A program made the position numbers and the translations under genes. The notes beneath the pieces are model-generated. The model was not told where the DNA came from, searched no databases, and saw only the letters and a program-made list of their open reading frames with translations. From the human T2T-CHM13v2.0 reference genome, Homo sapiens: a stretch of DNA of 64,000 bases. Positions within the stretch are counted from its first letter, which is position 1, and every line of letters begins with the position of its first letter. The stretch lies in the NCBI RefSeq assembly GCF_009914755.1, contig NC_060933.1. One strand, given 5' to 3'. Positions 1 through 12,786 of the stretch are shown piece by piece.

Positions 1-101
1 CATCAGGCCTTCCTGAGGGAGCAGACCAGAGGGACAGCAGAGGGTGGGCAGGTGGGGCCTTCCCCGAGGAGGTCCTGCCCCTTGCCTCCTCCTTCCCACA
101 G

Positions 102-323
102 ATGGGCTGCCCAGGGCCCCCAGGGGAGAAGGTCTCTGGCACCCAGCTGTCCGGTGTCCCCAACGTCCCCAGAGATGTCCCTGGTGATGACCCTGAAGAC
201 TCGGACCTGGTGCCTTCCGTGACCCTGGCGCCTTCCGTGACCCTGGCTGCAGCCCTTGTCCTGCTGTTCCTCCTGCTCTCGGCCTGGCTGGTGTGGGACG
301 GACCTTGCCAAAGCTGCTGCTAA
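102..323 (+). other. Exon-like ORF encoding a single-pass TM segment (candidate microprotein or pseudogene exon)
   Basis: Strong polypyrimidine tract and CAG immediately before the ATG; VTLAAALVLLFLLLSAWLVW hydrophobic run; Cys-rich tail; in-frame 18-bp duplication. Confidence 0.3.
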
Positions 324-1374
324 TGTGGGCTCCAGGAAAGTGTTGGGGGCCTGGGCCTGGCACGGAGTTAGGGGAGGCACAGCGGGGCCTCCCAGCGACA
401 CCCTGGGCTGCACTCCATTCCACCCTTTCCCAAAGCAGCCCCAACGGGACCCCAAGACTCCCCAGCGGGGCCCCTGGGTGGCACCGGACTCTGCCATTGC
501 AGGCAGGGGGCGTGCTCCTGGGGACGGCCCCGGATGTTGGGCTGAGAGCCTCGCGCAGCCCCGGCGCTCAGGCAGATCGGGCTCAAATCCACTTCCTCTC
601 CAGGCTGGCTGCAGGACCTTGGCCCCGTCTGAATCTTTGCAAGGCCCTTTTGGGTATCGCAGTTAAAGCCAAGTGACCCCTAGGTACTGGTGAAATGAGC
701 GGGTGAGTTGGAAGATGGGGGTTCTAGTCCAGGCTCTGCCCGTGCTGGGCTGTGACATGGGCAGGTGCCTTTTCCCACCTGGATCCTGGTTTCCCTGGTC
801 ATCCAATGGGGCTCACAATACCCCACTTCTGGGCCCTGTTGGGAAGGCAGGTGCCGTGGGAGGCTGGGGCTGGGCCAGGCGGGTGCCCTGGTCTTTGCTG
901 CCACCTGGTGGCTACAGATAGAATCGCATCGTCTGCTGCATGGTGCCCTCTGGGTAGTCCAGGCCAGGGCTGAGGAGCTGAAGGCTTTTTATGTTTTGGT
1001 GCAGAACATTTTGAGATTGTGGATGTGGATAAGCACAAATCCTGTTACCCAGAGAGAACAGATTTTTAACATTTTCTATTTATCTTCTTTCCCCATCTCC
1101 ATATCTATAATCTCCTTAACAAAATCATAGGGCGGAGGTAAGTTGTGAGCCGGGCTCTAGAGTCAGAGAATGCTGCCTGTGGCCCTGGCCCAGGGCCCTG
1201 ATGCTCTTTTGTGCCGCAACAGCTCCCTCCCTGACCTCGACATAGGAAGCAGGGAAGCATTTTTAGGGCTGGGAGGAGTGTGGGAGACCTTCGGGCTGGA
1301 AGGTCTCCTGGAGGCTCCAAGACCCCCCACCGCCGTCTCTCACGGAACAAGTACTTGTCAAGATTTCTACTGTG

Positions 1375-1676
1375 GGCCGGGTGCGGTGGCTCAAGCCTGT
1401 AATCCCAGCACTTTGGGAGGCCGAGGCAGGTGGATCATCTGAGGTCAGGAGTTCGAGACCAGCCTGACCAACATGGAGAAACCCCGTCTCTACTAAAAAT
1501 ACAAAATTAGTTGGGCATGGTGGCGGCCACCTGAAGTCCCAGCTACTCAGGAGGCTGAAGCAGGAGAATTGCTTGAACCCAGGAGGCAGAAGTTGCGGTG
1601 AGCCGAGATTGAGCCATTGCACTCCAGCCTGAGCAAAAGAGTGAAACTCCGTCTCAAAAAAAAAAAGAAAAAAAAA
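1375..1676 (+). mobile_element. Alu (AluS-type), full length
   Basis: Alu dimer with A tail; TSD ATTTCTACTGTG at 1363-1374 and 1677-1688. Confidence 0.95.
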
Positions 1677-2859
1677 ATTTCTACTGTGAGCCAGCCCCTG
1701 CGGGGAAACAGGGTAAACAGGATCCCTGACGGAGCTGGGGTATGACCAGGAATGGGAAGGCTGGACTCACTGCAGCATGCTGGGGCTGGGCTGGGTAAGT
1801 AGGGCCTGCAGGAAGGGGCAGATGAGCTCTAGGGTGTAGGAGGAGTAGGCCAGGGCCGGGGTCCCCAGGGAGGCTGTTCCAGGCAGAGGAACAGACTATG
1901 GGGAGTTCAGAAGTCACTCTGTGTTCTTCTGCACCAGCTACTGCTCCCCTCAGGGAACTGGAGGCCTCTGGAGCCTCCGAGAAGCAGCCACCGAGAAGGG
2001 GCAAGTGAGCGGCAAGGCCGTGGTTCCACATTCCCAAACCACGCTTTGTCCTTCCTGGGGTCCCCGTAGGTGGGGCTCTTCTCCCTCCTCCAGCTTTCTG
2101 AAGCCAAAGTACACACCTCGGTGTCCATGATGGGGCAGCCGGGGGGCTGTACGCTTCCTCTGTCTCTGTCTCTGGGCAGACCATAGTCCAGCGTGCTGCC
2201 CCTACTGCCCTGGAAAAGCCGAGCCGGGAAGCGAGCGGTGGCTTTAGAGGCGTCGTGCAGAGGGGGAGACGGAGGTAGAGCCTGGAGGTTTGGGGCACCT
2301 CCTGAAGCAGTGGGGTGGCCTTTCAGGTGGGGGGACTGAGAGAGCAAAGGCCTACAGGCTAGACCGGGGCCTCCCTGAGCTGTCATAAGCAGGACAGGAC
2401 GTGGGGGCGCGCCACGGAGCCGCCTCCCTCCCCTGCCCATCCTGCCTGCTACAGGAAGGGCACACCCGGAGAAAGGAGGGAGGCCGGTTCCTGGCAGAGC
2501 AATGTTGAGGCTGATCCTCCCTGCTTCCCCCCACAAGCCTCTCTGTGAGCCTCCTCCCTGTCCCGCACACCCACCTGGGGGATGCCGCAGATTCTCAGAA
2601 TCAGGCTCTACATGGCCCCAAGCAGCACATGGCCTGGCGGAGGCAGCAAGCATGGCCGCCGGAGCCTCTGGCCTTCTGCCCAGGGAGCAGGGGCCCCTTG
2701 GGGGCTGTTCTCTCTGCTCCCTCTGTCATGTCCCCTCTCTGTTGGTGGAGGAGAGTGGCTGCAGGCAGGCGCCTGACTCCCCCAGCTCCACACGGCTCCA
2801 GCTTTCTCTGCCTCTCCGTGTTCACCCCTCAACGCATCTTGTCAAATGGAGACCTCGAA

Positions 2860-3213
<354 letters not shown>

Positions 3214-4089
3214 TTAGTAACTCACAGTACGGGCTGGTAGAGTCTGCCAGGGTGGTCTGGGCTGGGCTGTTGGGGATTTCAAACCCACGTCCCTCTTCGC
3301 ATCCCGTCAGAGGCTGCCCGAGGCAGAGGCAGAACCTGCGGCTTCTTCCTCCCAAGTGCTGAGATCAGGTCCGAAAGTTCCAGTCATTCGCACTCCTAGA
3401 AGTGGCTTCCAGCCTTGGCCCAGGAGCCATCAGGACCAGGGACGAGGGCTGCAGGGAAGCCCAGGTACGCAGGCCGAGGAGCCCATGTCTGCCCCAGAGC
3501 AGGGCAGCAGGAGGATGGCCTCTGGCCCTTGCCACCCTGGGCCTCAGCCCTGCCTGCAGGCCCAGTGCTAACGAGAAACGCAGGCCGACCAGGGCAGTGT
3601 ATGCCTGCTCTGTGCGTTTGTATTTCTGACCAGCGCCCATGAGAAGGCTGTGTGGTTTCCAATGCATTTCCAGGGGCCAACTCATTCCACCCGCCTAGCT
3701 CTGGTGGCTCCTGCAGGCCAAGCCCTCGCAGAGAGGGCCTGGGGTGAGAGCAGGCATCTCCGTGCAGCTTGGCCAGGAAGGAATCGCATCCGCAAGGAAA
3801 ATATTGTTCTGTATAATTCAGTGGCCCGTTTTATAAACATTGTGGTTCTACCTTGGGGTTTTTCCCGCCTTGTCTCCTACCTCCCCTCCCCACCTTCCAG
3901 GGGCTGCTGGGCAGCCAGATGCCTGAGGTTAGGAAAGTATGTGCTTTTGCCGGGCTAGACAGTGCAAAGGGTGACAGGGTGGGCCTGGGGACGGGGCTCA
4001 GCCAGCCAGAGAGAGTTCTGGGGTGGGGTTGGCAGGACTGCAGCTCAAGCTGGTTTGCAAAGAGGTGTGAGAGCAGGCAGCCCGCCAGA

Positions 4090-4222
4090 GCGTGTGTGCG
4101 TGTGTGTGTGTCTCTGTGTAGGGATGTGCCTATGTGTGTTTGCCTGTGTGTGTGCCCGTGTGTGTGCATGTGTATATATGTGTGTTTATGTGTACATGGG
4201 TTCTGTGTGTTTGGATGTGTGT
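4090..4222. repeat. Degenerate (TG)n
   Basis: TG-rich tract. Confidence 0.85.
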
Positions 4223-5111
4223 CTTTAACCAGGAAGCTGGGTATGGAGTGACACTGGCATCCTTTCTACCAGCCTGGATGTGGGCTGGTGGGTGTCTGCA
4301 AGGCCAGGTTAAAGTGGCCCATAGAGGGGCAAGGCAAGCTCCCCCCTCGGGGAAGAGGCTGCTCTGTGCCATTGTTGAGAGAGCGGGCATGGGGACAGAT
4401 GGACTCCAATCCAGCCTGTATTTCCAGCACTCCCTAGTTGAGTGGCTTTGGGAAAGTCACTCTTCCTCCAGGTCAGTCACCGGGGGCTGTGGGGCTATAC
4501 TGCCACCTCCATTCCTTTCTGCTTCCTTCTGAAAGGACCCTAATTTTGCTTGGGGATGGCAATGAGCCTTCCCTGCGGCCAGGTGGCCACGTGTCGGTGC
4601 AGAGGCCACGAGGGCTAGACAGGAGGGTCTGGGGCAGCTCTTCCTGATTAGAGAGGTAAAGTCTCACTGGAAAACGTTTTGGGTCCTGCCCTCTTTTTCC
4701 TGCCTGGAATCCCGTCGCGTGGCCGGGGGAGGCAGCTGCTCACTGGCAACCATGAGGGTGAGACCCAGTCTTGAGGCTGAGACCGAGGCAGGAGGGTGGG
4801 ACCCACGCTACGCTGCTGGGGAAGGAAGCAGGCAGGGGCTCTCAGGCAGTGTCTGGAGGCTGGATGTCCATGTGGAGTGATGGGGTTGGCTTCTGTTTGC
4901 TGCAGCCTCATGCACTCCTGCTGGACACCCGGTGTCACTCTCTCTTCATCTGGGGATTGAGGGACCTGGAGGCTGGAAGGGGCTGGCTCATGGGTGTGCT
5001 CTGGATCTAGGCACCCTCCTCACTGCCACACCCTGAGGGGCACTGGGGAATCGTCCTCAGAGGCGTGCAGGGGTGCTGTCGGGACAGTCGGGCCCTACTG
5101 CTTCAAGGCTG

Positions 5112-5592
5112 CAGGAGGAGGATGGGGAGGATCTGGAGGGGGAGGAGGAGCTGGAGAAGGAGAAGCAGGGAGAAGAAGGAGGAGGAGGAGAGGGAGGAGG
5201 GGGGGAAGGTGAGGAAGAGGAGCTGGAGGAGGAAGAGGGGAAGGAGGTGCTGGAGGAGGAGGGGAGGGGGAGAAGGAGGAGTTGGAGGAGGATGGAAAGG
5301 AGGAGAGGGAGGAGGAAAAGGTGGAGGAGGGAGGAGGAGGAGTTGGGGGAGGAGGATGGAAAGTAGGAGAGGGAGGAGCAAAAGGTGGAGGAGGGAGGAG
5401 GAGGAGTTGGGGGAGGAGGAAAGGGAGGAGGACAGTGAGAAGGAGAAGCTGGAGGGGGAGGAGGAAAAGCTGGAGGATGAGGGGGAGGAGGAGTTGGAGG
5501 AGGAGGGGGAAGGAGGAGCTAGAGGGAGAGGAGGGGGAGGAGGAGGGGAGGAGGAACTGGAGGAGGACTTGGAGGAGGAGGGAGGGAGGAGG
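5112..5592 (+). repeat. GA-rich polypurine low-complexity tract ((GAG)n-CTG units)
   Basis: About 480 nt almost entirely G/A, with an internal ~65-bp tandem duplication at about 5275-5405. Confidence 0.9.
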
Positions 5593-8391
5593 ACAGCCTG
5601 GGTGGGAAGTTGCACTTGGCCCAGCTCCCAGAGAGGTGGGTGGCTTTAGGTCATGCGTTCATCTGAGACCTAGTACAACCTAGGACCCTGGGGCCCTGTG
5701 CCGGTCACTGTGCCTCTTCCAGCCTCGGTATCCTCTGGAAGGTGAGAATGAAAAACACCCAATGACACTCAGACTGGACAGGAGCAGGTACGCAGACAGC
5801 AGATGGCCAGGTGCACAGAGGTGTCGCCTGACTTCCTCACCGGGACGGCATGGGGTGGGGCTCCTCCTGCAGGCGAAGCCCGCCCGGGACTGGGCTCTGG
5901 TGGGTTCTCTCTCTTTTCCTTCAACCAAAGACCTGGCTGGACACCCCCCATCTGACACTCCGGGGGCTTTCAAGGGGCTTCAGGCAACCCACATGCATTC
6001 TGGGCATCCCATTTAGGGGGATGAAGAAGGAATTGGATAAGGCAAGGGTGGGGCTGGCCCGTCTCCTCTGCTGGTGCATCAGCCCCTCCTAGGGACACCA
6101 CTGTCCTTGACCCCTCTGCAGGCCAATCAGCCCTCCTTGGGAAGCCGCCGTCCTTGCCCGCTCTGCTCCTGGGGTCCCACCCAAGCTTCAATCCTCGCTG
6201 TGTGGTCTTCCCTCCGTGAGCCTTCATTTCCTCATCGGTAAAATGGGGGAGAGGAGAGCGCGGGGGTCAGCCCTGAGCCTGGCTGGTTGGCTACTTAATG
6301 GGCTTCTGGTACCTTGACCACCATCTTTGACAGCCTCAGTTTACAGATGAGGCCCTGAGGCCTGGAGGAAAGGATTAGGCTGCCTGGGATGTGGGTGAGA
6401 GGTCTGATTCTGACCCGGTGAAGTGAGCTCCTGTCCCCTCTGGGGTTCCCCAGCAGGCATTAAGGGAGGGGTCAGACGAGGTCCCCCTACCGTGGCCAGA
6501 TGTGCAGCGACCTTGGGCTGTAACCTCAGGGGGTTCGCGCCCCCCACAGCCTGCTGGGGACTGACCAGGCCTGGGGGAGACTGGGGGAGCGAGGGGCTGG
6601 GAGGGAATACCACCTGGCCGGACGAGGCCCACACCGCCCTGCCAGCCTGGCATCTCTGCTCTCCCAGGCTCAGCCAACACCCGCTCTAGGACTCAGCCAA
6701 CTATTTGTGGGCTGCTAAGTAGCATGACAGCTGCTTTTCTTGCTAAAGTATGACATTACATTTTTCCGGATGGCCGGGCACTTCCTGGCCTGAAGTGTGC
6801 TAAGTGACAGCCTCTGTCCCGCTGCCCCCCGAGTCCCTGCCCGCCTCCCTGCTTTGTCCAGGCTGGCTTGCAGGGCCAGGCCGAGACCCGTCCTGGCCTG
6901 TGTTCAGACAGAGCCTAGTACGGGCCCCCAGGGCTGCAGGTGGCCCAGGAAACTTCCCCGGGGTTATTTTTGGCCTCTGTGCTGGCCCATGGACTCCCTG
7001 CCAAAAGCAATTACTGAATTTTCATCTTGTTTTGCTGATGGTTTAGACTATGTCAAAAATGTTCCACTGGAAGGCCTGAGGGCACCTCGGGCTGGGGGAT
7101 GTGGGGCTCGGGAGCCCAGCTGTGGCCGGGTCCCCGGAATAGATCTCTGGGGTTGCTGGCGAGAAGAAGGAGGACAGGGGAGCCGGGGCCTGTTTGTTTG
7201 TAGCTGCCACTGGGTGCTTCCCACACGCACAGCGTGCTCGGCTGGTGGTCATGCTCCCTGCGCCCTCTGCCAGCTGTGCGTGTCCTTCTCTCCCACTTTA
7301 CAGAAGAAGAAACAGGTTCAGGGAAAGGGCCGAGGGCATGCCCAGGCTGCACTCTGTTCTGCGGGCTGCCGCACTTCCAGCGCAGAAGGATTTCCCTGGC
7401 TCAGGGGTGGCAGGGACTGGGGGCTGGGGAGGCCACGGGGAACAAGGCAGGGTCTGCCCAGGCCCTCTTCTCACTGCCCGGGGCGAGGGGTGTCCGAACC
7501 AATCAGATCTTTCCTAAGTTAAATGTCTGTGTTGCGGGCTTCGGCTACTCTGTTCATCCTCCTGGGAATTGCCCAAATGGCAGCCAGGTGGATGCAGGAG
7601 AAGGTTGGAGGGAAGGCTGGAAATCAGAGGGGGCCGTCCTCAGGCTTCTGTCCATCTGCAGGGGCCCCACTGGCAAGCAGCACCTCTCCAGAACTCTGTG
7701 TCCCTTCCTCTCCCCTCCGCAGCAGCCCTGGGAGGCAGATGCTGCCATGAAACCACGGTGCCCTCAAGAAACCTGGCCATGAGGGGGCTTCCTGCCTGCC
7801 CACGGCCCTGCAGGTCATGGTAAGGGGTGGTCCTGGAGTTTGTGCCCTGGCACTTCCATTCCAGAGTCACTGCCAGGACCTTAAGCCTGGAGCTCCCCAG
7901 GCTGCATGGCAGTGGCTTGCTATGCAGGCCATGGCTGGGGTGAGGGGTGCCTGGGGCGAGGGGACATGTCACTTGGGGCCCTGGGTTGCCTGGCCTGCTG
8001 GGGGCCCCCTTGTTGCTCAGCTGCTGTCCTGGGGTCACGGCTCTCGGCCACTCTGCTCACTTGCAGTTCCTGGGAGCCTGTGGACATCGTGTTCTCGAGC
8101 CTGAAGGACCAGCAGGGCCCTGGGTGAACGGGGCGGTCCAGGGCCAGGGCCTGTGCTCACACTCCTGCGTGCATTCCCACGCTTCAGCAAAGCAATGCCG
8201 CCTCCTATCTGACAGGCTCAGGGTGGCCCTTCGTGGGTATTGTCACCACATTCGCTTGTGCATCAGACGCTTTTTGAGGAAGCTCAGGCCCAGCTTCATA
8301 CCAGGCACTGGGATGGGGGTCAGCCCTGCCTTGAGGGAACCCCAGTTCCAGAGGGGAGACACACTGAAAGCCATCACACCCTCGGCAGGCT

Positions 8392-8610
8392 GGGGCAGGG
8401 CAGAGGGGCACAGGCACCAAGACACAGGAGAGCCAGGTCAGGGCAGAGGGGCACAGGTCCCCGGACACAGGAGAGCCGGGGCAGGGCAGAGGGGCACAGG
8501 ACTCGGGACATAGGAGAGCCGGGGCAGGGCAGAGGGGCACAGGCCCCCAGACACAGGAGAGCCGGGGCAGGTCAGAGGGGCACAGGACCCGGGACATGGG
8601 AGAGCGGGGA
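8392..8610 (+). repeat. 43-bp minisatellite, about 5 copies
   Basis: Unit GGGGCAGGGCAGAGGGGCACAGG-N6-GACACAGGAGAGCC. Confidence 0.9.
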
Positions 8611-9784
8611 CAGGCTGCTTCCTGGAGGAGGTGATGCCTGAGCTCAGTGAAAAAACACATGTGTGGGGCCAGCCAGGGGATCGGGTTATGCAGGGCGAGG
8701 CTGCCCCAGGTACTTGGGAGGGAGGTGGCCCTGGGTGGGTGTTGGGGCCGTTGGCGGCAGGTGCATCTGCCCTGGTGTCTGCCAAGGCAGAGCCCAGACT
8801 GGACGGCTCAGCGCTGGCCTGGGTGTGGGCGACGCTTGCAGGGGCCGTGTGGGTGTCTGCGTGTGAGTGCCCATTGTGAGTCTCGTGTACCTGTGTTCAC
8901 ATGGCTAGGGTCCGGCTTCCAGCTGGTCCTGTCGCCCTGGGATGCCACACGTATTGTAATTACATCTGGGATTTCAGGGGGAGGAGGAGATGGGGTGCCT
9001 GCATGCCTCCTAAAATGTTTGAAGGCCTTATATTGGAAGAATGGGAATGTCTGCCTGAGGGGCTTGCCCATATCGACAGAGAAGCCCGCCTCCTCCTGCA
9101 GATAAGGAGTGGGGTTTGCTTCTTGCGCATGGAGGATGGGTACAGGGCTCTGCTGTCCTGAAACGGACAGGCCTGCCAGCTCAGTTGATAGAGAGGGGGC
9201 TGGAAAGCTTGCCCGGGTGTCCCGCCCCCATGGCTGGGACACGAACTGGCCTTGAACCCACCCAGCCCCGGCCTCCCCTGCGTCCCCCAGGCTGGCGGCC
9301 TCACTCTGTGGCTGTGGGGCCTTTTCCCTTCCAGCTCCTGGCCCTGTTTTCCTGGGTCTTGTATGGGCGGGGGCCTTATGAATGTACCATCCAAGTAGAA
9401 AAGATGGGCTCACCACATGAACGCAGCTTCCAGACACCTCCAGCTGTGTCTCCCCAGGACCCTTCCATGGAGGTCTGACAGCCCTGGCCCAGGCAGAACA
9501 CGGCCTCAGCGTGCTCCTGTGGACCCTGGTGGGAGCCCCAGGAGCCGCGGTGATGGGGTGAGTCGGGCCAACTTCTTGGCTGTTGCCTGTGGCCCATCAA
9601 CGCCTGCGGGTGGACGCCCTTCAGGGCCAGAGCAGGCGCCTCAGCGTGCAGACACTGTCTGGCTCTCTTTCTGCGTTTTCTTCATCTGGATTCTGTTGGG
9701 ACAACAATCAAGGCTGTCTCGTTCTGTCTGTGGAATGGGCCTCACCTAGCAAGAAGCCCCAGGGGCCCCCAGGGCTGGTGAGTC

Positions 9785-10815
9785 TGTGTGTACACGTGTG
9801 TGTGTGCTCGTGTGAGCTCGTGTGTGTGCGCGTGTGTGTGTGCATGAGCTTATGTGTTGTGTGTGTGCGCTTATGTGTGTGTGTATGTGAGCTTATGTGT
9901 CATGTGTGCTCATGTGAGCTCTGTGTGTGTGTGCATGAGCTTCTGTGTCATTTGTGTGTGCGTGAGCTTATGTGTGTGTGTGCGTGAGCTTGTGTGTGTG
10001 AGCTTATGTGTGTGCATCAACTTATATGTGTGTGCACGTTAGCTTATGTGCCGTGTGTGTGCGTGAGCTTATGTGTGTGTGTGCGTGCTTGTGTGTGTGC
10101 ATGAGCTTATGTGTCGTGTGTGCTTATGTGTTGTGTGTTGTGGGTGTGTGCGTGAGCTTGTGTGTGTGTGTGCATGTGCTTATGTGTGTGTGCTTGTGTG
10201 TGTGTGCATGAGCTTTGTGTGTGTGTGTTTATGTGTGTGAGCTTGTGTTGTGTCGTGTGTGCGCACATGAGTTTGTGTGTGTGTGCTTGTGTCATGTGTG
10301 TGCGTGAGCTTATGTGTGTGTGTGCATGAGCTTATGGGTCATGTGTGTGCTTATGTGTCATGTGTTGTGTGTGTGCGTGAGCTTGTGTGTGTGTGCTTGT
10401 GTGTGTGAGCTTATGTGTCGTGTATGTGCTTATGTGTTGTGTGTCGGGGTGTGTGCGTGAGCTTATGTGTGGGTGTGCGTGAGATTTGTGTGTGTGTGTG
10501 TGCATGAGCTTGTGTGTGTGTGCGCATGAGCTTGTGTGTGTGCATGAGCTGTGTGTGCATGAGCTTTGTGTGTGTGTGAGCTTTGTGTGTGTGAGAGCTT
10601 GTGTGTGAGCTTGTGTGTGAGAGCTTGTGTGTGTGAGCTTTGTGTGTGTGTGAGCTCATGTGTGTGTGCGTGAGCTCGTGTGTGTGTGCGCTTGTGTGTG
10701 TGCATACATGTGTGTGCGTGAGCTTGTGTGTGTGAGCTTTGTGTGTGTGTGTGAGCTCGTGTGTGTGTGCATGAGCTTGTGTGTGTGTGTGTGCATACAC
10801 GCGTGTGTGCATATG
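9785..10815. repeat. About 1-kb TG-rich array punctuated by GAGC(T)
   Basis: (TG)n-AGCT repeated throughout. Confidence 0.9.
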
Positions 10816-12755
10816 CACAACCCCAGAGCCCCACTGCAGGGCACCGTTCCCAGCGAGTACCCCAGCGAGCCGGGTTCCATGTTCCGTCTGTGGGTGAGGA
10901 TAGAGCCATGGATGCTTGTGTCTCACGTGGCCCATCAGGGATGCTGTCGCCTCCACCACTGAGCTGAGCTTTGAAGCCCCCAGAGCTCAACTCTCCTGTT
11001 TCCTCTTCCGTTTCTGCAAGACTCTTTCCTATCAGAACAGAAGGCGAGTGCCCGTTGGGCCCTTCTGCTCTTCCTGAGAAATGGAACTCGTCCCCAGACT
11101 GCCTCCCTCCTTCTTTTTGAAAGTCCAGACACAATGTGTCTCGGTCAGGCATGACACGCCTGGGGGTCTGGCCCCGAAATGGCCAGGTGGGTGGTCTTTG
11201 GGTCAGTGACACTCTGGCTTTGAAATCTCCCCCAGATGCACTTGGAACAAGGGACTCCATGGGAAGACCCCCCAGATCGGGGTGGAGTCAGCCCCACACC
11301 TCTCTCTGGGTGGCTGATATTTCAAAACTTGTAGCTCTCCAGACAGTGGCCGGGGAGCCTCTCCGTGGCGGGGGTGCGCACCCTCCCTTGGCAGCCTTGC
11401 CTGAGCTCGGGAGGCTCTCTGGTGTCTGAGGCTGAGAGCCCGGTCTGCTGTTCAAGCCATGCTTTCTCCCGTCTGTCCCGTGTCCATGCACATGTCCATG
11501 CACTTACGATGGCCCTTAGGGTGAGGCAGGAGGAGGCTTCGTGGGATTAGACATTGCCACAGCGTCTGCATAAGTTGAGGGTGGCGCTGTCACTGTTCAG
11601 GGCCCCCCGACCCTGCCCCTGAAGCCGGTTGGCCTGAAATGCAGAGTCGATGACCTGGAGCCGGCCCCTGGCCTCTGAGAAGCTGAGCTGCGGCTGACTT
11701 GGCCTTTCCTCCATCGGAGGCTGAAATCCACGACTCTCACCAGCCGGCTGGGGGCTGGGGGTGGAGCGGCGTCCAGGCATCCGGGAAGGACTCTAGGGGT
11801 CTGACTGATGGACTGAGGGTACGGCCCTCCCAGGAGTTCCTGTCCACCCTGTCTCAGTGTGGACTGACCTGGAGGTCTGGGATGTGACAGGCTTGGAAAA
11901 TGATGCGGTGATCCTGCCTGGAGGGTGTTCACGACAGACTGCATGCTAAGATGGCGCTGGGGGGCGGGTTACAGAAGACAGTGTTGTATGATCCTAATTA
12001 TGCACAGGACAGGGCACAGCGGTCAAGAACATGGGCATTGGAGCCTGCTGTCAGAGCTCAAGTCCAGCCCTGTCGCTTTCCAGATGACCTTGACCTTGGA
12101 CATGCTGCCAAACGGCCCTGCACTTCAGTGCCTTCAGCTGCAAAATGGGATGATGCCCACACCTGTCACTCAGGGGTATTGCGCAGGTTAAATGAGTCAA
12201 TACGTGGAGCAGACTTAGAACAGCAGCCCTACGTAAGTGACCACAGAGACAAACGTCTACAGTTTCCGATGATTTTAATGGTCTTCATTTTGTTTATCTA
12301 CATGTTTGAATTTTTCTACAACACACACGAATGACTGGAGTAATTTGAAAAAGGTAGATGGTTGCTTTGAACAAACTTAGAATCATCATTGACCCACGCG
12401 TTGCTTGTGGGGTAAAAAAAAAAAGTAAAAATAAAAATTAATAAGAAACATCTGAAAGCTCTCAACCCACCACACACTGGTGGGGTAGCAGCTGATTGCA
12501 GTGCTGAGGTGCTAGAGGGGAGACCGAGTCAGTGGGGCTGGTCCTGGCTTCCTGGGGCTCTGTCAGGTGAGAGAGACACACCTGTGGAGGTGGGACGCTC
12601 CCCAAGGTGAGGGCTGAGTAGAGGGACGGCTCAGAAGAGGGCAGCTTGGAGGGGCTGTGGAGGAGGTGGACTTTGAGACAGGTCTTGGAGGACGGGTAAG
12701 ATTTTGGCGGGCAGGGAGCAGAGGCTCACACAAAGGTGTCCAGGTGCAGGGAACA

Positions 12756-12756
<1 letters not shown>

Positions 12757-12786
<30 letters not shown>

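Noticed and set aside
300-340. Resemblance of CC*CGLQ to the FAM163 LCYCRLQ motif
   Set aside because: Only a few residues match and the spacing from the TM helix differs; not enough to call homology without a search.
6797-7522. 241-aa plus-strand ORF
   Set aside because: Non-ATG start, compositionally random GC-rich translation, no domain or exon structure.
8392-8610. Repeat-spacer appearance suggesting a CRISPR-like array
   Set aside because: Eukaryotic locus; the variable parts are only 6-7 nt and related to each other; an ordinary minisatellite.
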